Part shown: positions 5,577 to 12,299 of the stretch, one piece after another
How positions within the stretch are numbered: the first letter of the stretch is position 1
Layout of the letters: each line of letters begins with the position of its first letter
Sequence record: WANG22-1_SAMN08714535-S011_METAG-scaffold_748
Origin: a metagenome
Strand: one strand, 5' to 3'
DNA length: 17,043 nt
Position numbers and translations under genes: made by a program
Notes under the pieces: model-generated
Seen by the model: the letters and a program-made list of their open reading frames with translations, nothing else
Told to the model about the DNA's origin: nothing
Databases searched by the model: none

Positions 5577-8070
5577 ATGGCGGTTCCCGCGGGACACGGA
5601 AATAGACAATTCGTCGATGACGCGCAGGTGCGTGCGATGCGATGCGACGCGATGCGATGCGACGCGATGCGACGAATCTTATAAATGAATGCATGCATGC
5701 GTGTGAGACTGACGGATCGATCTCGGAAATGAATGCGCGCGCTTTGACGTACGTACGTAGATTGCGGAAGAACAACGCGAACTCGATACGAAGCTTCGAT
5801 CGAACGCGACGAGGGATAAGCTCGATGCGTTGAAGAAACTGATCGCGATGATGGCGATCGGAAGGGACGTGAGCGCGTTTTTTCCGAGCGTCGTCGTGAA
5901 CATCGTGAGCGAATCTTTTGAAGTGAAAGTGCTGGTGTACATGTTCTTGGTGCGCACGGCGGATCAGAAACCGGAGGAAGCGCTGTTGTCGATCAATAGT
6001 TTCCAGAAGGATTTGGCGCATCCGAACCCGCGGGTTCGGGCGCTGGCGCTGCGGGTGATGTCGAGCATTCGGATCCAGGTGATCGTTCCGGTGGTGATTT
6101 TGGCGGCGCGAAAGTGCGCGGTAGACCCGAGCCCGTACGTGAGAAAGGCTGCGGCGCACGCGATTCCGAAGATTTATAGAATGGATAACACGCGACAAGA
6201 TGAGTTGATTGAGATTATCGAAACTATGCTTCGCGATAGCACTCCGTTTGTGTTGTCGTCGGCAGTCGCGGCGTTTACCGAAGTGTGCCCGGATCGATTC
6301 GATCTCTTGCACAGACACTACCGCAAGATTTGCAGAATGTTGGTGGACATGGATGAGTGGGGTCAGATTCTTCTGAGCGAGTTGTTGCTGCGCTACGCGC
6401 GCACGCAGTTTCTCGCTCCGGATGAGCACGCCCGAGAGCTCGGCGTGGCGTCGGGCAAGGATGACAAGAAGCTCGAACTCGCGCTTCCATCCAGCGAGGC
6501 GTCGTATCACGACAGCAGCAACGCTGGCATTCAATCCATCGTCGCGAGCGGTGCCGGGTTCTATTCTGACTCTTCAGATGAAGATTCCGACGACTCGGAC
6601 GACTCGGATGGCGAGAAGCCTTCCAAAAAGTCTGGACGCGGAGGCGCCACCGCGGCGTCTCGCGGCGCGGGCTGGATGGATGAGGATCATCGTCTGTTGT
6701 TGCGATGCACCAGGCCCTTGTTGCAGTCGCAAAACTCTGGCGTCGTCATGGCTGTCGCCGCGTTGCACTTCTACTTGAGCCCGGCTTCCGATCTCCCCAA
6801 GGTGGTGCGCGCGTTGGTTTTCAGCGCGCACAGCAAGCCCGAGGTGCAGCACGTCATCGTGAAGAACATTTGCACGATGGTGTCGACGCAGCCGACGCTG
6901 TTCCAGCCGCACTTTAACGCCTTTTTCATCTTCCCGCGCGATCCGTTGGAAGTTCGCGCGCTCAAGCTCGAAATTCTGACGCACATTGTCACGTCTGAAA
7001 ACGCGCCCACGCTGTTGCGCGAGTTGCAAGCGTACTTGCGCTCTTCCAACCACGACTTTGTGGCGCTCACCATTCGAGCGATCGGACGTTGCGCAGCGAT
7101 GATGCCGCAGATTGCATCCGTGTGCATCCGTTCGTTGCTCGAGCTCTCCCTTCACCCGACGCCCAAGGTGGCTTCTGAAGCCGTCGTCGTCATTCGAGCG
7201 CTCGTGCAACAAAATCCAAAGGAGCACACGCTCGTCGTCATGCGACTCATGCGACGCTTGGATCAACTCATCGCCCCCGAGGCTAGAGCTGCCGTCATCT
7301 GGCTGGCTGGTGGAGAAATCTTTGACGCCGAAGCGGAGAACATCAAGGCGGCGGATAAGGAGATGCGAGAAAAGTTTTTTGAGCTCGCCGTGCAAATGCT
7401 CACTCGCACCGTGAAGTCGTTTGCGGATGAGCACGAAACGACCAAGCAACAAATCATCAACACGTGCTGCAAGATGTACATTCAAGACCCGATGCGCATC
7501 GCACCGATGCTCAAGGTGCTCTTCGCGCTCGGAGCGGCGGATCCATCCGTCGACATGCGCGATCGCATCCGCGTCTTCAGAGCGCTCTTCCCGGTGGATG
7601 GCAAGCCGAGCGCCGTCAAGCAACACGGCGACGCCATTTTGCTGTGCGAAAAGCCCGAACCCAAGTTGCCTTCTCCCGCGCCGCAGTCTTGCGAGCACGC
7701 CCTCGGGTCTCTCTCGCACTTTGTCGAGCACGTCGCGCCCGGGTACGCCCCGCTTCCCAAGCACCCGACCGTGCAACCGCCGACGAATGTCCGCGAGCAG
7801 TACTACGCCGGATCATCCGGTCGCGACAGTTCGGCGCTCGTGGCGCACGGCGGCGGCAAAATCAACGGTCTCGGTACGAGCGGATTTTACAGTTCTAGCG
7901 ACGACAGCGAAGATAGCGACAGCGACTCGAGCAGCTACACCGGTAGCGACGATTCCGACGATGAATCGGACGACGACGATTCTGATGATTCTTCAGACGA
8001 CTCGGACGATTCTTCGGATGATTCAGATGATTCTTCGGATGATTCAGACGACTCGGACGACTCGGATTGA
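5577..8070 (+). CDS. AP3B: AP-3 adaptor complex beta subunit (Adaptin_N trunk plus acidic Ser/Asp hinge, no ear domain). Preferred model join(5577..5627,5761..8070), 786 aa
   Basis: KLDALKKLIAMMAIGRDVSAFFPSVVVNIVSESFEVKVLVYMFLVRTADQKPEEALLSINSFQKDLAHPNPRVRALALRVMSSIRIQVIVPVV...SPYVRKAAAHAIPKIY...EVCPDRFDLLHRHYRKICRMLVDMDEWGQI...RYARTQF is near-colinear with AP3B1 as I recall it. The late HVAPGYAPLPK motif is also AP-3-beta-like. The main-exon frame is closed by TAG at 5758-5760, which forms part of the acceptor GTAG|ATT, so a short upstream exon is required. ATG 5577 has a CCATGG context and a 17-codon exon (MAVPAGHGNRQFVDDAQ) ending CAG|GTGCGT in phase 0. Confidence 0.88.
5628..5760 (+). other. 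AP3B intron 1 (133 nt, preferred model)
   Basis: The donor is CAG|GTGCGT at 5628, a GACTGACG box lies at 5707-5714, and the acceptor is ACGTACGTAG|ATT. An alternative, also phase-compatible, uses a first exon at 5337..5423 with donor CAG|GTAAAA (337-nt intron). Confidence 0.6.
5634..5673. repeat. Eight tandem GCGAY pentamers (GCGAT GCGAT GCGAC, twice, then GCGAT GCGAC)
   Basis: Read directly from the sequence. The repeat starts 6 nt after the preferred AP3B donor site. Confidence 0.95.
7891..8067 (+). repeat. Coding low-complexity Ser/Asp(Glu) repeat forming the C-terminus of AP3B (SSSDDSEDSDSDSSS...SDDSSDDSDDSSDDSDDSSDDSDDSDDSD*)
   Basis: Imperfect GAT/GAC-TCN trinucleotide and 18-nt periodic repeats are visible at the DNA level. 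A second, shorter acidic patch (SDSSDEDSDDSDDSDGE) lies at about 6568-6612. Confidence 0.9.
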
Positions 8071-8179
8071 AGACGCGAAAGTAGCATCGGCGTGTATTAT
8101 TAATACCTATGAATGTCTAGTAACACTGAAACTCTTCGCCGCGGGCGCGCGCACTATTGATTTTAATCTATTCACCGCC

Positions 8180-9160
8180 TCAAAGATCCCGACCAGACGC
8201 TCGCGCGTTCGCGAGCCAACGCGCTTGCTCGGCTTCGTCCAACGCGTCAAACATAAAGATTGACTTATCCCCGACGTCATCTTTAAGCTCTTGCGAAAAC
8301 TTTCTCCCGGCGAAAATGACGAGAAGCGACACAAACACACCCACGGCTACGGTTTGCGTCTCCTCGGACGCCCCGAATAGATGCGTCAAACACATCGCCG
8401 GCGCGGCGAAGAACAACGCAGCCGCTTCAAACTTCCCGTAACACATTCCTTCCTTGAACGCCAACCCGGTGAGCGCCGCGAACGCCGGACCGACGGCTAA
8501 AATCGACAACGGATGTTCCGCGACGTACAACGGCAACGGCTCAGCGTGCGTCACCGCCAACACACCGCTTCCAACCATCCCGACGGCGTACAACGTCTGC
8601 ATGACGCGCTTGATGAAACCGACGTACATGTGCACCAAGTACAACGAACATCCCAACCCGGCGCCGCCGATGAAATACCACGTCTGCGCGTCGGCGTAAT
8701 CCCCGCTCGCGCACCTTACCGCGCACTCCACCGCGGCACCGGCGAGGACGACGAGCCCGGCTCTGTACGCCCAAACCTCTAAAACATCCGCGCCAGTCAT
8801 TTTCCAGTCGCAATACAACCCGCGGTGCACGCGTTCGTCCTCCGCTTGCTCCGCCGCCCAACGCGTCGTCCGCGAGCCGAGACCACTCAAAAAACCACCA
8901 CCACCACCCTCTCCATTTCCCTCGTCGTCCTCTCGTTCGCGCCCCGGCGTCGATGGTTCCGTACCGATCGCCGACGACACGCACGAACGCTTCCTCCCGA
9001 GGAGTTGTTGTTGCTGCTGTTGAATCAACACTCGTCGTCGTCTGTGATAGTGCACCCATGTATCCTCACGCATCGCACGAACCCGCATCCTGGTCAACGA
9101 TGGCATCGTCACCACCCCTCGCATCGTCGCCGTCGCCGTCGTCGGCATCGTCGTATGCAT
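8180..9160 (-). CDS. Multi-pass integral membrane protein resembling the cyanobacterial/plastid DUF2301 family, with a transit-peptide-like N-terminus. Function unknown
   Basis: The ORF track start at 9190 is a GTG, and the first ATG is at 9160 (MHTTMPTTATATMRGVVTMPSLTRMRVR, followed by a poly-Gln run). The C-terminal 200 aa contain about 5 hydrophobic helices. LYLVHMYVGFIKRVMQTLYAVG and AALTGLAFKEGMCYGKFEAA match my memory of DUF2301 proteins (IHIY..KPLH and LTG..FKEAFCF). The family assignment is from recollection only. Confidence 0.6.
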   Translation of the reverse strand: MHTTMPTTATATMRGVVTMPSLTRMRVRAMREDTWVHYHRRRRVLIQQQQQQLLGRKRSCVSSAIGTEPSTPGREREDDEGNGEGGGGGFLSGLGSRTTRWAAEQAEDERVHRGLYCDWKMTGADVLEVWAYRAGLVVLAGAAVECAVRCASGDYADAQTWYFIGGAGLGCSLYLVHMYVGFIKRVMQTLYAVGMVGSGVLAVTHAEPLPLYVAEHPLSILAVGPAFAALTGLAFKEGMCYGKFEAAALFFAAPAMCLTHLFGASEETQTVAVGVFVSLLVIFAGRKFSQELKDDVGDKSIFMFDALDEAEQARWLANARASGRDL

Positions 9161-9279
9161 CGTCGTCGTCCTGGGCGACGCGTCGCACACTCTCGCGAAT
9201 GGAATGAAATGAAAATGTCATTTTTCATCGAATTTTCCACACCCCCTATACACGTTGACGAGTTATGACTCCATAAAAC

Positions 9280-9302
9280 TAAACCCTAGAGCATAGGGTT
9301 TA
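9280..9302. promoter_or_regulatory. Inverted pair of telo-box-like motifs, TAAACCCTA-GAGCA-TAGGGTTTA, in the divergent promoter between the DUF2301-like gene and the CCHC gene
   Basis: There is a perfect 9-bp inverted repeat with a 5-nt spacer. AAACCCTA is the plant-type telomere unit (TTTAGGG) and is known as the telo-box promoter element. The pair lies 140 bp upstream of ATG 9441 and 120 bp upstream of ATG 9160. Confidence 0.45.
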
Positions 9303-9440
9303 CGTAGGGACGCGATCATCACATGCATTGAATTTTCAGATCTATCTTCACACGACGACGACGCCGACGCACGCGCGCGCGCACGCCCGACGCCGAACGT
9401 GCTTAACCCTTCGTGACTAAACAACCTTCACTCGCGCATC

Positions 9441-10262
9441 ATGGGAAAATGGATGGATGACGACGCGAACGCGCCGGCACCCGCGGCTGGATACGCCCCG
9501 TACGCGGGCGGCGCCGCGGGCGCTGGGGCGTGCAGAAACTGCGGGGAACTCGGACACTACGCGAGAAACTGCCCGCAACGCCAAGCGGGTCGCGGGACGG
9601 ACCGGTGTAACCGGTGTGGACAGATTGGACACTGGGCGAGCGAGTGCGCGCTGCCGGACGCGCGAGGCGGCGGCGGTGGCGGTGGGTTCCGTGGCGGGGC
9701 GAGACCCGGGGATCGGTGCTCGCGATGCGGAGGGTTGGGACACTACCAAAGAGATTGCCCGAGCCCGTTCGTCGCGAACGGTGGTGGCGGTGCGCCCGGA
9801 CGCGATGGATCGTGCAGAATTTGTGGACGGTTTGGACACTTTGCGCGTGACTGTCGCGACGCCGGACGCGGTGGTTCGCGAGGGTACGATAACGGACCGA
9901 GAGGACGAAGCGAAGGACGCCGGGAAAAGAAACAACCGGGTCCGGAGGACGTGTGTAACCGATGCGGTGAAAAGGGCCACTGGGCGTCGCAGTGTTCGCA
10001 ACCGGATAACAGACCGGAGGGCGAACGAGGCGGGGCCAAGGCGACGGATAAGTGCCGTCGATGCGGCGAAGCCGGGCACTACGCGCGCGACTGTCCGCAA
10101 CCGCCGGATAACACGTGCCGAATCTGCAAGCAAGAGGGGCACTTTGCCCGGGATTGTCCGAACAAGGAAGAAGCGGCTAAGGATCAAGCCGCGAACATGG
10201 ATGCCGATCTCGATAACTACATGAAGGAGGGCGCCAAGGCTAAGGAGGAGGGCGAAGCGTAA
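9441..10262 (+). CDS. CNBP: CCHC zinc-knuckle nucleic-acid-binding protein (CNBP-like) with seven CX2CX4HX4C knuckles, Gly/Arg (RGG-like) linkers and an acidic/Lys tail
   Basis: The knuckles are CRNCGELGHYARNC, CNRCGQIGHWASEC, CSRCGGLGHYQRDC, CRICGRFGHFARDC, CNRCGEKGHWASQC, CRRCGEAGHYARDC and CRICKQEGHFARDC. ARGGGGGGGFRGGARPG lies between knuckles 2 and 3. The start is a clean ATG at 9441 and the stop is TAA at 10260-10262. Confidence 0.85.
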   Translation: MGKWMDDDANAPAPAAGYAPYAGGAAGAGACRNCGELGHYARNCPQRQAGRGTDRCNRCGQIGHWASECALPDARGGGGGGGFRGGARPGDRCSRCGGLGHYQRDCPSPFVANGGGGAPGRDGSCRICGRFGHFARDCRDAGRGGSRGYDNGPRGRSEGRREKKQPGPEDVCNRCGEKGHWASQCSQPDNRPEGERGGAKATDKCRRCGEAGHYARDCPQPPDNTCRICKQEGHFARDCPNKEEAAKDQAANMDADLDNYMKEGAKAKEEGEA

Positions 10263-10515
10263 GCGTATACGTATACGTACGCGCGACTTCCATGGAATTT
10301 TCCCGACGCCCGGGGAGATTAATAACACGACAGCTGGACGTCAGCTTCTGTCGATATCAGGTATCACCATCAGCCAACCAACCAATCAATCATCATCTCA
10401 GTGTTGTTTGTAACGTTCACTCTACGAGTACCACTCGATTATCAACCAAGTAACTAAACATAACAAACGCGACGCTTCGACTTTTGCCTCACTTTTAGCC
10501 TCTCCATCAATCGAA

Positions 10516-12270
10516 ATGTCGACGAAAAAGTTTCTGAACGCCCCCGACGACGCCGTCGTGGAGATGCTCGACGGGGTGTGTTTATCCACCCCGCACATTG
10601 CCCGCATCGCCAATCAAAACGTCCTCGTGTATAAAGACGACGAGTCGTCAGATTCCAATCGCGTCGCAGTCATCTCTGGTGGTGGTTCAGGCCACGAACC
10701 AGCCATGGGCGGGTACCTCGGCGACGGTATGCTCACCGCGGCGGTGTGTGGGAACGTCTACGCGAGCCCATCCGTCGAGGCGGTGCTGAGCGCGATCCGA
10801 GCGACGGGGAAAGGCGCAGGAGCGGTGTTGATCGTCATGAATTACACGGGCGATAGGCTCAACTTTGGCTTGGCGGCGGAGCGGGCGAAACTGGAAGGTT
10901 TCGAAGTTGAGATGGTGATTGTCGGTGATGATTGCGCGATGGCGGCAGAAGACGTCGGGATTGCGGGACGACGTGGGTTGGCGGGGACGTTGTTCGTGCA
11001 TAAAGTGGCGGGGGCGGCGGCGAAAGCGGGGAAGAGTTTGCGAGAGGTTGCGGAGGAGGCGCGCGCGTGCGCGGAGAGCGTCGGTACGATGGGTGTCGCG
11101 CTCGAGGCGTGCACGTTGCCAGGGTCTTCGGGTGTGGCGAGGGAGATTCCGGAAGGGACTATGGAGCTCGGGTTGGGGATTCACGGTGAACCGGGGGCGA
11201 GGACGGCGAAGGTGGCGAGTTGCGACGAAGTGGTGGAGACGTTGTTGACCAACGTGTTTGAGCGAAACGAAAAGCTCAGTAAGCTCGGGGAGAACTCCAA
11301 GGTGGCGTTGATGGTGAATTCTCTCGGGGCGACGCCGCTCATGGAGTTGTACGTCGCGGCGCGAGCGGCATTCGCGTGGATGGCGTGTAAGAAGAAGATT
11401 CGCGTGACGCACGCGTACGTCGGAACGTTCATGTCCGCCATCGATATGAATGGATTTAGCGTCACCGTGTGCGCGTTGGACGACGACGTGCGCGTGAGTC
11501 GTTTGGAGGCTCCGTGTTCGTGCTCTGCGTGGCCGAAGAATGCGCGATTGACGAACGCCAACCTTCTCGTCGTCGAGGGACCAAAGGGTTCAGAGGCGTC
11601 GACGACGGTTCGCGCCGAAGAAGCTCCAAAGACTCCAGAAGGCATCTTGGCGCTCAAGGCGATTCGTAAAATTGCGGATGACCTCATCGCCGTCGAAGGT
11701 GATCTCACAAAGTACGATCAAGCGGTCGGTGACGGTGACTGCGGCACGACGGTTCGCAAAGGTGCTGAGGCTTTGAAGAAGGACGCCGACGGGTATCCGT
11801 GCGACGACGTCGCCTCGCTCGCTCGCGCAATCGGAAACACGATTCGACAAAGCATGGGAGGTACGAGCGGCGTCTTGTATGACATATTTTTCACCGCGGC
11901 GGCGGACAAGTTGATCAAGTTGGCAAAAGGAAAGCCACCTTCGGCTGAGGTGGTTTTGATTGGATTTTCCGCCGGCGTGCACGCGATGATGCAATACGGC
12001 GGCGCGAGAGCCGGCGACCGCACAATGTTGGACGCGCTCGTTCCTGCGTTATCCATGGCGGGAATAACGCAGCTTAGTAAGAAGCCGACGACGGAGGTTG
12101 CGTCTGAAGCGGCAAAGGCAGCCATGTCGGGCGCCATGGACACGAAGAACATGACGGCTCGCGCGGGAAGATCGAGCTACGTGAACAAGGATGTGCTCAA
12201 GGAGACGCCTGATCCTGGCGCTATCGCCGCGGCAACGTGGATTCAATCCATCGCCGACGTTATCAACTAA
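10516..12270 (+). CDS. DAK: Dihydroxyacetone kinase / triokinase (fused Dak1 and Dak2 domains), 584 aa
   Basis: The N-terminus KKFLNAPDDAVVEMLDG, VISGGGSGHEPAMGGYLGDGMLTAAVCGNVYASPS, MNYTGDRLNFGLAAERAK, LGIHGEPG (Dak1) and GDGDCGTT...GGTSGVLY...RAGDRTMLDAL (Dak2) are the hallmark motifs. The gene is a single exon from ATG 10516 to TAA 12268-12270. Confidence 0.93.
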   Translation: MSTKKFLNAPDDAVVEMLDGVCLSTPHIARIANQNVLVYKDDESSDSNRVAVISGGGSGHEPAMGGYLGDGMLTAAVCGNVYASPSVEAVLSAIRATGKGAGAVLIVMNYTGDRLNFGLAAERAKLEGFEVEMVIVGDDCAMAAEDVGIAGRRGLAGTLFVHKVAGAAAKAGKSLREVAEEARACAESVGTMGVALEACTLPGSSGVAREIPEGTMELGLGIHGEPGARTAKVASCDEVVETLLTNVFERNEKLSKLGENSKVALMVNSLGATPLMELYVAARAAFAWMACKKKIRVTHAYVGTFMSAIDMNGFSVTVCALDDDVRVSRLEAPCSCSAWPKNARLTNANLLVVEGPKGSEASTTVRAEEAPKTPEGILALKAIRKIADDLIAVEGDLTKYDQAVGDGDCGTTVRKGAEALKKDADGYPCDDVASLARAIGNTIRQSMGGTSGVLYDIFFTAAADKLIKLAKGKPPSAEVVLIGFSAGVHAMMQYGGARAGDRTMLDALVPALSMAGITQLSKKPTTEVASEAAKAAMSGAMDTKNMTARAGRSSYVNKDVLKETPDPGAIAAATWIQSIADVIN

Positions 12271-12299
12271 CTGCTTTTTCTAATAAATAAAATCTAGCT
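12271..12299. terminator. 29-bp AT-rich spacer (CTGCTTTTTCTAATAAATAAAATCTAGCT) between the stop codons of the convergent DAK gene and the giant membrane-protein gene. Presumed shared 3'-end processing region
   Basis: TAA ends at 12270 on the + strand and TAG occupies 12302-12300 on the - strand. AATAAATAAAA is present on the + strand only. Cleavage sites cannot be determined from sequence. Confidence 0.3.

Noticed and set aside
5440-7776. Minus-strand ORFs of 364 aa (5440..6534) and 400 aa (6574..7776) opposite AP3B
   Set aside because: Both are antisense to strongly conserved adaptin sequence. The products are Arg/His/Leu-rich with no domain signatures. Long antisense ORFs are expected at this GC content because stop codons are rare.
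9417-10328. 303-aa antisense ORF and 255-aa alternative + frame ORF (9457..10224) overlapping the CCHC gene
   Set aside because: Only the 9441..10262 frame yields seven regular CX2CX4HX4C knuckles. The other frames give Arg/Thr/Ala-rich filler.
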